Below, in pieces: positions 52,752-64,000 of a stretch of DNA of 64,000 nt (its first letter is position 1; the number at the start of each line of letters is the position of its first letter). Origin of the DNA: Takakia lepidozioides (lineage: Eukaryota > Plantae > Bryophyta); NCBI GenBank assembly GCA_030704615.1, contig CM060731.1:63054001-63118000 (forward strand), in the 5' to 3' direction. The translations under genes were made by a program, and so were the position numbers. The notes beneath the pieces were generated by a model. The model did no database searches. It was not told where the DNA came from and was given only the letters and a program-made list of their open reading frames with translations.

Positions 52752-52870
52752 GCCGGATTCAAGCTGACATTTGTTGGTAATGATAGCTATGAGTGAGCGG
52801 AGCGCCGTGAGCCGGATTCAAGCTGGCGTTTGTTGGTAATGATAGTTGTGAGTGAGCGGAGCACCGTGAG
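52752..52870 (+). repeat. 59-bp tandem direct repeat within an unclassified GC-richer repeat fragment
   Basis: GCCGGATTCAAGCTG(A/G)C(A/G)TTTGTTGGTAATGATAG...GAGTGAGCGGAGC(G/A)CCGTGA occurs twice. Confidence 0.8.
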
Positions 52871-53182
52871 ATGAATTTCTTTTGAAGCATTTGTGGATGG
52901 GTAGGATGGGGATTTGGAAATTATCGTGTATACTGTTAATACGTGTATACTGTTAATGTTAATACTGGCATTATGAATGCCTCCTCGGGTACCGACGGTA
53001 AGTGGATGGGTGCTCCGGTGCTCAGTAAAATGTAGTTAGTGGAAGTTTATGTGTAATCAGTGGATATGTAAGTGTATGTTGTTTAAGGTATTTGCGAGGA
53101 GAGAACAATCAAGGCTTCTGGATATGAGTTTTCCAGTTTTTGGTTTTTGTAGCGGCTGAAGTTGGTTTGGGATTCATGACAG

Positions 53183-53920
53183 GGAGGAAGAGATATGGAT
53201 AATAAGGACTGAAGTGGAGGGGGAAGGGAATGTAGCAAAACGGTCTTCCTATGTGCATCGCATCACTGAGCTGGTGCGCAATAGTAAAAAACAGGCTATT
53301 GACATTGCATGCATCATTCTCAACACCCGCCATTTGCAGCGTGACAGCAATGCCGCTCACGACCGCCTTCGTCGCACGCACGCTCTTGTGGATGAGCTTG
53401 TCTTCAGGTTTCATTCTCTCCTTGTTGAGCATACAAGACTGGAGCATTGGTTTTTATGCAAATTAAACTAGCCAATCTCGTAGTACAATCTGCCTGAAAA
53501 TGGGACTTTTCTCCATGTCAGGGTGAAATCACTCCACAACTTGTGGCACTTCAAACCAAAACCACATCTATAAACTGACAACTTTTGTGTCGTTGCAAAA
53601 TCGCCTATTGCATATGAAGCTGAAGTGCCATTACATTTGTTGACAGGGATGCAAAGTGGGATACAGTTTGTCGACAGCCATACAGGTCACTTAGCACCAT
53701 CCATGAAACATTTGCAGACATTGTGGATGGGGTATTTGAAATGGACAAAATAGGTAGAGAGATTGCAGAACTGCAAGCCATGTTAGAAGATCTACAGAAG
53801 TCGCCAGTAGATATAACCAGTGTGCAGTCAGATCTGCATGCCATCATGGCGGAGAATCAAATCTTGGAGAAGGGACTTGCAGAGGTGCTTGCTCTGCAAC
53901 AAGGACTTGCAGACATGTAA
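53183..53920 (+). pseudogene. CCDC22: CCDC22 3' exons, segment C (two exons to the stop codon)
   Basis: Exon 53183-53407 EEEI..AKRSSYVHRITELVRNSKKQAIDI..TRHLQRDSNAAHDRLRRTHALVDELVFR; exon 53647-53920 DAKWDTVCRQPYRSLSTIHETF..REIAELQ..QSDLHAIMAEN..TAA. This is the diagnostic DUF812 C-terminus; no adjacent 5' exons. Confidence 0.9.
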
Positions 53921-54013
53921 ACTGTTTCAGGTCTTAAAGGTTGCTCGATCCATTATTTTTCTGGAGGCCTCCTGTGTAGAGGATACCCTCAGTTTGTAAG
54001 TACTTTCTATGAG

Positions 54014-54590
54014 CTAACTTAGTCTTTCTCCACTTAAGTGATCATCTACTCCTGTGGCTGGTTCTCCTGTTGATAACCGTGACAAGTGATCCGCCACAAG
54101 ATGCAGCCTCCCAGGCTTGTAAACAACCTCAAACTCAAACTCGTGCAAGATTATCAACCATCTTGCTATTCTTCTGCTTATCAGAGGTTTGTTTACCAGG
54201 TATATCAGAGCCTGGTGATCCACATAGAACATAAACTTCTTGCCCAACAGGTAATGCCTGAATTTCTTCACTGCATAGATCATTGCCAATGCTTCTCTTT
54301 CCGTTGTGCTATAATTTCTTTCGGCATTGTTCATCAATTGGCTAGCATAGTACACAGGTGAATCTATCATTCCTGTAACATTTTGGGCTAACACTGCTCC
54401 TAGTGTTTCTCTAGAAGCATCACAGTGAACATGAAATATTTCCTCTTTCTTCAGAAGTTTGCTCAATGGTGTTGCTATCTGTGCATACCGTCTGATAAAT
54501 CTTCTGTAATAACTGGTTTGCCTCTTTATGATGAGCTTGATGTACTCGTACACAATACTTCTACCAATATAAAACGCATTGGACACAAGC
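54014..54590 (-). mobile_element. Ty3/gypsy RT-RNase H fragment with internal deletions
   Basis: YYRRFIRRYAQIATPL, HCDAS..LGAVLAQ, ERNYSTTEREALA, YVDHQAL, VADHLSR. Confidence 0.9.
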
Positions 54591-55964
54591 CTATTATAGT
54601 ATCCAAAACCATAGCCAGTGCTTGTTCAATTTTCATGGGTTTTGAAATTAGTTAACTCTCTCTCAAATGAAAGATCTCAATAAATCACAAAGCTTACAAA
54701 ATGGTTGGTACTTCATTCTATATGTTTCTAACCACATTGCATTTCTAACCCTCAGGATAAAATGCTACACACTATTATGTATTGTTCTCCGGTTGTATTT
54801 CCACTACTCCCTTGACCACCTCTGCCTTATGTACTCACTAACCATGTACATACCATGTATGTACTCAATAACCGTATATAACAACAGAAAAATTTGCAAG
54901 ATTGAATCTATACATCATAAGTAAGCATTATTATTAATGTTTTGATTTGCAATATGAAAAATGACATGAACAACTTACCTACTAGGAGGAACTTGCAAGC
55001 TGCCGGCGGTGACCAATGTTTTTCTTTGACAATCGCCACCGGGGCCACATATGTAAATTCTACCCCTAGCGCCCATGGGGCAAAAATAACAAAGAGAGGT
55101 AGAGGAGTGGCTATATAACCGGTGGCAGGGTTCAAAAGGTCCACGTAAGTCAGGCTCGTGATTATCAACTACTGCCCCTTTTTGGCGATTTTTTTCGATT
55201 TTTACCTTGTAGAAGTAGCTAACCCATTTTCCAGGTTGAAATCTGGCTATTTTTTCCCAGATAAAAAAATTGGTGTGATGAGCAACCTTCCCATCCATAA
55301 AGAGTGTCATTAGTGTGTTTTTTGTTTTTATTTGTTTGTTTGGTGTTTTTCTTTGGTTGGCTCTCTTGTAGAGAGAGACTTTGCGGAGACATGCAAGTCA
55401 AGGGAGAAAATGTGGTCAAAGGACCTTACACCGTGTCAAGGCGCTGATTGGTGTGTTGTGCTGAGTCATGCTCCCCACTCTTACCTTCCTCTTATGTTGT
55501 GCCAAAGCAAAGCATGAGAGCCAATTGCCCTTTGAGGCTTAACAGGATACTGAACCGCCCAAGGCCATCTTGACATAAACTCCATTTTTTGTTTTTGTTT
55601 TTAAGAACAGGTGGATTGTAGCCCTGTTTGTTTGTTTGAAAAAAAAAATACGGAGGTAACTTTTGTAATTTAAAAAAAAAACAAATTGCAATGTGACAAG
55701 TGGACAACTTTCTTCCACATCACTCTGATGGTTTCTTTTGCAATCTGGAAAATGAGAGGAAACAGGAAACCCCTCCCACAAAGTTCTGCAATGGAGGTAC
55801 AGAGCAACAAGAAGCTTTAGCACTCCACACTGTGATGTGAACCTTGCAAACAGCAAATCTCTCACCTCTCTAGTCACTTCACACATCTCTCCCGCCCTCC
55901 CATGTCCTGTGGCCCTCTTGCCAAATTCATTGGGTTGTCTCGACTAGTGTGATCATATCTCAGA

Positions 55965-58711
55965 ATGGGGTTGATGGCAGCCCTGCACTCCACTGCAATG
56001 CACAATGCCATATCTCCACTCCTCCGTGGGCATACCTGCGTTACATCAGGATCCGTGAACAGTATCCGTTCAATCTCCGTGCTCCCTACCCACCGGTTCG
56101 GTGCTTCCACAGCTAGAGCTCGCCATGGGGTGTCTCTACCTCATAGGAAATCTGCTGCCTTGTTCTTGTGTCTCTCATCTTCAGAGTCAAGCCCCTTGGC
56201 AACGAGCTCCAGCGACAAATCACGTAAGCTTCTTATTGCATAGTTTGTATTGCACAAGTTTGGTCCAGCCGAGATTTCGCATGCTTTTCGTACCAGGCGT
56301 GCCTTCATTTCGATAGGAAGGTGCAAGTTCTCTAAGTTTACACCCATTTCCAGTTATACATCTTATCTGCAGTTACATTATCATTCCAGTAACCGGCACT
56401 GCAGCCCTCTGTGAAAAGGACAACAGAGGCTTCAGGTGGTTTGTATGGTCAATTCTTGAGAGGACGTTCCGGGCTCTGTTTTGGTTAGAGTGACTTTCCA
56501 TCTCCGTGTACCCATGTAGAGTTCCTCTATGTAGTTTCTGTAATGGTGCCCTGTCTCTCTACTCTCTGTGTATGTCTCTGAAAAAGATGGGTTTCAAGTC
56601 TGTGTTATTTATTTGGCCGGAGTCTTCTCTGTCTCCGATGTTTGTTGTTGTTGCTCTTTCTCTTTCTGTTCTCGGAGTTTCCCTTGGGCGTTATGCAGTT
56701 TTTTCCTCTCTTTCTTTTCTCTTGCAGGTGTGTCCTGTGAGGGAATTCGAGCTATGGCGACGGAGACACCAGTGAAAGTGGAGACTGACGAGGCCAGCAG
56801 GGAAGGAGAAACGAGCCAGGAGACGACCTCCAGTGCCAGCAGCTGGAGGATCAAAATGCTGTACGATGGCGAGTGCCCTCTTTGCATGCGAGAGGTCTGT
56901 AGATCACCAAGTTCGCGATCCTCATATACATTCTCATTGACTGGATCGGAATGTCTTGAGGACTGCTTAACACACAATTTGAAGACTCTATGGATGGTCT
57001 TGAACAGAATCGATCATTACACATTCGAAACCCTTGTATCTTCTGAGGACAATTCCTTGCGAGGGGACGAAACCTCTTCAAGCAGCTTGCTAAAGGGGTT
57101 TTTTCTCTGCAATAAACAAGTGATTACTAATTGCGGTAGTTTCCTCTGCCTCCCCAGGCACAGGTCCGGTGGTGATATGCTTAATACCAGTTGCTTGTTT
57201 GTGTCATCTGCAGACAAGTTGAAATTGAGAGTGAGGTGTGAATACTGCAGGTAAACATGTTGGCAGAGAGAAACAAGACCTATGGGGCTATCAAGTTTGT
57301 GGACATTTCTGCAGATGATTACTTTCCAGAGGATCACAATGGAATAGACTTTGTGACGGTAATTTGTTTCCCATACATCAGTCTGTCTGTGTCTTTCCCA
57401 GGCAGATTTGCAGTGAATTGCATTTTCATTTTCGTGTTCTCAAGGTTGCAAATGTTACAGCCAAGGAATTAACTGCTCTTTTGTGTGGGAACAGGCAATG
57501 GGGCGAGTTCATGCCATTCTTCCTGATGGAACAGTGCTTACCAATGTGTCGGTAGCTTCTCTATCTTGCTCTCTCTCCCTCTCTCTCGCTAGTACAGACA
57601 TCAAGAACATAGTTCCTGCACGTCTGTTCAACAACTTTCAAAATCTCGAGGCTGAGCCTAAAGCCCTGGCCCTGTTGGGTTCTAACTTCTGGGCTGCTCA
57701 CACACAGCAGATTGATGCTTGTGTGAAGGGCTTTTAAGGATTTCTGGAAAGCCCAAATTAATTGTTTATATCAAGACTATTGGCATGAGCTCACAGAGTT
57801 TTAGTCCATTCCCCTCTGTTTCAGTCCAAACTGGGTGCACCGTCTATGGCCACAAGGCTACAGCAATGGAAGTCTTATAAGTACATTCTTCTAATAAAGT
57901 TTGTTTTTGTCTCTCTTAACATGGTGAAGTATCACGCTGTGATGGAATGTCTCTGTCCCATGGAGAGGAAGTTTCTTTGTGAAGCCGAGTAAATCATGCC
58001 TATGTTCTGTGCATTGGCTGTGCAGGCCTTCAGACGATTGTATGAAGAAGTAGGGCTAGGATGGGTATATGCCATTACCAATTACCAGCCGGTCAGTATC
58101 CTCTCCTTATCTGCATAAACCAAGTTTGATAATGTTGCTTCTAATCCGAATTTTTGGACATGAACGCAGACTTGGTTTGGTTTCTTATTTGTATGTTGGG
58201 GTGGTGGATGTTACTTTGGATTCTGTGCCCATCAGGCACAGAGTGGGTTAAATGCAACCGTTTGAAGGGGTTGGTTAATTGAGCCAGACGATCTCTGGAC
58301 ATCACACACACACACAGAAAAACAGAAAGAGAAAGAAATGTTGGCTTGGGCATGCTGCATAGGCCCCTTGGGATACTGAATCTTCCAGAGTTTGACCAAC
58401 TACTATGTGCAAAGCTTACATTCCAACTAGAACGCAGAGATTGGTTGCAGCACTGCGGCTCCAATTCTCTACCTGGAACAGATGTGACAATTTGGCTGTG
58501 TTTTTTAAAGAAATGTTATATGTGCTGACATTTGAACTCAATTTTCCAAGGCCGAACCCTTGTGAGTGGCAACTCTTTCTGCATTTCTTCAGAGGGCTCG
58601 GAGTCTGCTAGTGACTGACTGACTGACTTATTGGGCTTATTGTGCAGTGGGCGAGCTTGGCAGACGCCGCCTACTCCTTTTGGGCCAAATACCGGTTGCC
58701 AGTAACAGGTG

Positions 58712-58753
<42 letters not shown>

Positions 58754-60339
58754 CATGTTGCCTTGCCAGTTTGTGACATGGATTAGGACCTCAAGGATGA
58801 TCTGAATGGCCTACCTACCGTCGGCACTAGACTGAAATTTAAAGTCAGGGTGGGGAGTCTACCTTTGAGCAATAAACAGACGCAGAGAGGAAAGGGAGAT
58901 TGTGAATGCCCAATGGCAGGCGGCCTGAAGACAAAATCTGGTACAATGTCTGGGATATTTTCATCAGAGAGCGAACCTCTGCAGGACCATCAGGATCGCA
59001 GTCCTTGCACATCTGTTCACCAACTTTCAAATTTTTGAGGCTGGGTTTAAAGCCCTGGCCCTGTTGGGTCTGATTGCTGGGCAGCTCACACACAGCAGAT
59101 CAATGCTTGTGTGAAGGGAGTTTTAGAGGAAATCTGGAATGCCCAAACCAATTGTTTATACTACGGTCAGTCCCGCTACTGGAGTGAGCCTCTCACAAAG
59201 GTAGTGTCTGTTCCCCCTTGTTCTGCCAAACTGGGTGCAGGGTCTATGGCCACAAGGCTATGGAAAACAACATCTCATGAGTCCATTCTCCATGCTGCCT
59301 CTTACTTACATGGTCGTCTCATGAGTACACCCTCTTTTCATGGTGCCATGGGGCCAAGTGGCCACCTGTGGATGTCATGAAGTTTAATTTTTCCTTTCTT
59401 TCTTCTCTCTCCGTCACTCTCTTTCTCTCCAGTGTTATGCCTAAACTGGGCCGGGGTCCTTTGGCCACAAGGCTATGGCAAACAACGTCTTATGAGTACA
59501 TTCTCTTTCTCCCCATGAATTTTGGGGGAAAGGGTTCACTCTTCAACTCTTTTCAAGCATGCAAATGGAATGCCATACATGGACCAACTGCAGTCTTCCC
59601 CCGACCCACCCCCGCTGCTCACCAAGAGACAAAATTGGTACCTTCCTCTATCCTACAAACCATTTGGAGCTAGTTGGTAGTGCAAATGTTTCCTAGAAAA
59701 TATGGCATCTCTTAGGAGCACACCACACTATAAATACACTGTCTAACCATCCACTCAAGATACTTGCAACAGAGGGATACTCAGTTGAGGAGAACTTCAA
59801 ACTACTTGCCAGGTTTAGCAGCTTCTGAGACTTGACCACGGTGCCCCTTATCTATGGTCAAGGTATTGGAAAGCACAGTGAAGGAGCTATTGTCAGTCAC
59901 ATGCATCTGGTATGGGAGCTAGACATAAGCCTACCTGTTTCCTAGCCGTTCCTAACATTATATCTGCAATTATCTGTTGTCTCGCAGGGCGACCACCACT
60001 GGCTGAAATTTTGGAGGAGAAACGGCGAAAAAGGGTAGGTGTCCCTTCCTTCTTGATCATCAGCTGCTATTTATGTCCGTAATTGACGATAATAGAGGTT
60101 ACAGTTGAGCTTGAAATAAATTTGCAGATGCTGGAGCCTGGCAGTCACATGCCAGAGGCATCACAGTGTACATGAAATACCACATGCCAGGATGTAGCTC
60201 ACTCAGTTGGGTGAGTAACTCACTAGGGATTTGTCTTCATACACTCAGCCAAGATGTGAGAGGTTCACTGCCATTTTTTCTGCAGGAGGAAGCTGAAGTT
60301 TGTGATATAACCAATCGCCGGTGTCGCACCGAAGAGTAA
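55965..60339 (+). CDS. DCC family (DUF393) thiol-disulfide oxidoreductase with predicted organellar transit peptide, 8 exons, apparently intact
   Basis: Ser/Ala/Arg-rich exon 55965-56223 splices in phase to 56728: IKMLYDGECPLCMRE|VNML..IKFVDIS|AMGRVHAILPDGTV|AFRRLYEEVGLGWVYAIT|..WAKYRLPVT|GRPPLAEILEEKR|EEAEVC..TAA 60339. DxxCxxC motif present. Confidence 0.88.
57630..57890 (+). mobile_element. Dispersed LINE 3'-end remnant (copy 3, intronic)
   Basis: Near-identical to 46110-46360. Confidence 0.6.
58712..58750 (+). repeat. (CT)n microsatellite in a DCC intron
   Basis: About 19 CT units directly after a splice donor. Confidence 0.9.
58845..59510 (+). mobile_element. Dispersed LINE 3'-end remnant (copy 4, intronic)
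   Basis: GSLPLSNKQTQRGKGDCEC matches GSLPLSNKQMQRGKGDCKC at 8.7 kb; same tail sequence as copies 2 and 3. Confidence 0.6.
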
Positions 60340-62047
60340 GACGATGATTACAAGTAGCAAGAGGAAGACATAGGTAATTAGGCTTCATGTCCTGACTATT
60401 CATTCTTGTCCCAATGCATCTGGGACACCGAGCATGGACTTCAGAGTAGTTCAAATTATTATATTTACATCATGTGGATCCCACCCACATTTCGAGTACA
60501 GGGAAGAGGGGTCTTAAATCCACCGTGTCCCTATCGCTCTTCCTTGTTTTCCTGATCGGTGGCCAACGCTTCTCCATCCTTGTCACTAATTCCCTTGGTG
60601 GTATTTGCAAGGATGTGGTATCATAAGTGCTCAAACTTGAAGCTCAAACCTGGGGGCTCCTCACTTTTCCAATTTGTTAATGTCAAATAAGGTCCGACCA
60701 ATTGCCCTGGATGAAGCCTGTTAAAAGTGACCAAATTCACAGTAGCTCAGGCCTGGCCCTAGAGATCTGGGTAGTGATATGTACCCAACTTTGGCATGGT
60801 AATGCCCATTCAGCCGGGCACTCACCCAATGCATCTTGCTGTGGGGTGCAGGCTACGGGCAGCTCTGCTGTGGGGGGGTGGAGTTGGATCCCATGGGTCA
60901 AACACAGCTCATAAATATAAAACAGACATATACAGCGTAACTGGCAAAGCAAAGGAGCTCCAATGACTGTCGGATTGCGAAAGAAATGTTGCAGCTGGGT
61001 CTAATTCCCTGTTGGTGATTGCCCACACAATGCCCTTCATTGCAACTACCTGGCTTCAAACCTTCGCAACCACATTTTCCTCCTTTTCGGCCTATCCTTC
61101 AACTAACAAACACATAGTTCAATTCTATGTTGTCTTAGAGATTCCATTGGAAGAATGGCTTGCTAGCATGCAACTTCCCCAAGGAGGAATACCACATGCA
61201 GCCTAGTTGCCAACAAGAGTAATACACTATAGCCATCGTCTTCGGAGCTTGTGCAAACAATGGCCAGAGCTATGGCAGCATGCGCTTGTGCTTTCCCTCA
61301 TATTCATGTGGGTATCTCATTTTACAACGTCTTCACGAATCTGCACAGCGACTTCAATTCAAAATTCGAAGGACTCTCCTGGTCCCCTTCTAATGCTGAC
61401 GACTCCAAAAAATTACACGGAGTTTATGGATAAAGGTGCTATAGCAGTTCAGTGTGTCATACACAGAATGTTGGGAGATTTCTGTACCGTAGCAATCTAG
61501 CCAAATGCATTGAGCTGATCTTTATAACGTCATTAATCGAAAGAGATAAGCAGTTAAGAGTTTAGATTCCTTCACTGCTGGACATGTCTGTACAATAGAG
61601 GAGCCCCCTGAGGGGACGGTGAGGTAAGCTGTGACAGTATGTAGCACAGTGCGTCGTGATTGTGAGCGGACGTTCAGCGACGCCGCTCCACTCGGAGAGC
61701 ACGTCGTATGTCAGAGCCCATGTGCGATCCTTTATTGCCCTGCCTTGCCGCTCTTCTCAAAGCTTTGTCACCGCTTTGCATTATAAGCCTCTCTACCGCC
61801 TTTAAGCATCAGCATCAGCTTTTGCTAAGTGCAACGTCTGTCACAAGCGATTGATTTGGTGTGGTGAAATTGCTGGGACAGTACGCGAGATTGTCAAAAC
61901 ATCTGACAGCCTGTCTTCCCTCGCAGGGCAAGCTCCCCCTGTACTTCCACTCCTGAGACTCTGCTCGAGAGCTGCTGAAGTTAGGTTTTGTTAGTGATTT
62001 GAGATCAGATCTGTGCAAAGGAGAGCGTGTTTGAGGTTTGTTAAAAA

Positions 62048-62422
62048 ATGGGTTGTCTGGGAAGACGATCGTCTGCTCTCGCCTCCTTCTGTGTTGTGGT
62101 CTCTCTTCTCTTAATGGCAGACTTTGCCGTTGCCGGGAGTCAGCTGGAGGACGCTCCTCCCATGTTCACAGAGCTCGCAAACTCCAGTGAGATGTACTCG
62201 GAATTCGGGGTGGGGGGAATGCTAGGATCGAAGGAGACCATGCGACGGATGTTGGCTGGGTCAGGGTACTTCATAAGCTACGGCTCTCTCTCTGCGAACC
62301 GAGTTCCATGCCCAGCTGGGTCAGGCAGGTCTTACTACACGAATAACTGCGACTCGACCAACTCTCCTGTCAGGCCGTATACAAGGGGCTGCACGGCCAT
62401 CACACACTGTGCTAGAGGCTAA
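62048..62422 (+). CDS. RALF: RALF (rapid alkalinization factor) peptide precursor, 124 aa
   Basis: Signal peptide, acidic pro-region, RRML S1P cleavage motif, FISYGSL.ANRVPC..GRSYY..C..PYTRGC.AIT.CAR with four conserved Cys; intronless. Confidence 0.96.
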   Translation: MGCLGRRSSALASFCVVVSLLLMADFAVAGSQLEDAPPMFTELANSSEMYSEFGVGGMLGSKETMRRMLAGSGYFISYGSLSANRVPCPAGSGRSYYTNNCDSTNSPVRPYTRGCTAITHCARG

Positions 62423-64000
62423 CTCGACATTTCAGAGGTTGGTGTCTACCTCTCTGCCACTCAATGTCTGCATCATGTGCGTAACCCCGTTAGAGTAGAG
62501 CCCTATCTAGCAGATAGTACAGCTGTGAAGTTTCATTTTGCGATTGTGAAGACTTGTTTGGGGGTACAGCCCGCATTCATCTTGGCCGCAAAGCTTCGGG
62601 ATGGCGTTGATGTCAAAGCGTTATACTGTGACAACTGCTTTTTCTAGCCTCTTGTCTTCCCTTCCCCACCTTCTCGACCTTCCTCTCTTGCCCCCTCTAT
62701 ATCTCATGCACGCTGGGGTAGTAAGAACACAAGGCTACGGCAAGTATGGTGTAATATATGTTCAGTGCGTTGGCTTGGGCTGTACTTGTCTCCGTGTCTG
62801 TGATGATTAAAAATGTGACGCTACTGTTTCGTGTGTCATCGGGCTGGAAGGCCATGGCAAGGTAGCATTGTAAAATATGAAAATACAGAAATCCATCCCC
62901 CCCACCCCCTCCTCCCCCATGCAGCATTTTCCGTTTCTCCACCAAGATTAGTCTTACTTCTGGGGGGGAGCATTCACTGAAAAGCAGTGCATAGTTCCTA
63001 TGGCTCGATAGCAATGGCATGCAACTTTTGTTAGTAAGGACTTGTGCCCTTACCTCCTGCGCCCTTCCTGCCTTAGCCTACTCTCCACAAAGTTTTCACT
63101 TCTTGTGTGAGTGTTCGATGATTGCAGTGGTGGGGCTCTCCTCTCTCCCCTGTCACGATGATCAATGGGCCAACCAAGTTTGTCACATGACCCTCTTTGA
63201 TCAGAGTGCTCCATCTCCAAACAAGGGTCAAGATTCAATCCTATCTACCTCTGAAAGATTTCCACTTTTTGGAGCTGCATTGGTGCATTGTGAGCTGGAG
63301 TTCAGTGTAAGTTCTGCTGGAGTCTTCCTTCTTGCCTCAGAAAGTAATCACATGATATTTCATCTCAACCGGAGGCGCTGTTAGCAACTTTTCGAATGAA
63401 ATGCAAGTGGCTGCAGTGTTCTGGACAAGAGTTGATCCCTTGCATTGTAGGAAGAACTCCCCATCATAGTGGTTCAAGCCAACACATGAACACTTGGTTA
63501 TGTATTATTCTTTTTTAGGTTCATCCCAGGTGCTGTGAGGATAAGAGTGATCTGAGCAGTCAGGACCCACTATGCTTGGAGCCCGTAGGAGGGGTCAGAG
63601 CATCCCCACCCTACAGTGAACCCAGCACGCCAACGGAATATCAGGGTGTGGTGGGCGGGAAAACGTCCACACCCTTGCACCGAACCCTATATCCCATGAA
63701 AAGCGGGCATTGAATTTCCTTCCGTGCACTGAACCCGAGCGCCCTATTCAGGGCCCCGAATAAGCCCCTGAATCTAAGTCAATGCGACCATGCCCAGGTC
63801 TAACGCGTGCGTGTCAGCAGCTTGGCAATGAGCACAGCCCCTCCTGCCAATGGGAGCCGAGCTGTGCAGGGACAGCGTGGGGGATTCAGGGGCAAGGGTG
63901 TGCGCGAGGAGGGGCTGCCTTGCCACAGAACCCAACAGGCCCTGAATCGATCACGTAATTTTGGCGATACAGAGAGTCTTTCGGGCTCAAGGGTGGGGAT

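Noticed and set aside
5862-53182. A functional 47-kb giant intron with nested genes in CCDC22
   Set aside because: The gene's own 5' exons lie inside the interval on the opposite strand and the flanking exon is frameshifted, so rearrangement is the simpler explanation.
56568-57254. 228-aa ORF as an independent protein
   Set aside because: Only 56728-56893 is a DCC exon; the rest is intron read-through.
63540-64000. GC-rich stretch with CCCTGAATC/GATTCAGGG inverted motifs
   Set aside because: Cut by the window edge; probably a repeat end, but no identifiable RNA gene or TE terminus.

Overview
Eukaryotic nuclear DNA from a land plant, most likely a non-seed plant. The evidence is spliceosomal GT-AG genes, a RALF peptide gene and a self-priming chromovirus; the species cannot be determined. 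Four genes look intact: a MATE transporter, a PAP2/lipid phosphate phosphatase, a plastid-type DCC/DUF393 thiol-disulfide oxidoreductase and a RALF. Four others are disabled by stops or frameshifts: CCDC22, GEMIN2, eIF4E and an unidentified coiled-coil gene. The main structural observation is that one CCDC22 gene is scrambled into three pieces: 5' part on the minus strand at 6545-8074, middle on the plus strand at 5241-5861, and 3' part on the plus strand at 53183-53920. The splice phases of the pieces still fit each other, which implies a ~47 kb inversion plus a small nested inversion next to a hAT transposase remnant. Mobile DNA includes a full-length degenerate Ty3/gypsy chromovirus with an 11-nt self-priming PBS, hAT remnants and MITEs, an L1 fragment, a dispersed LINE-tail family, a captured two-exon P450 fragment and a ~181-bp tandem array. 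All homology calls are from motif recognition only; no searches were run, and some indels could be assembly errors.
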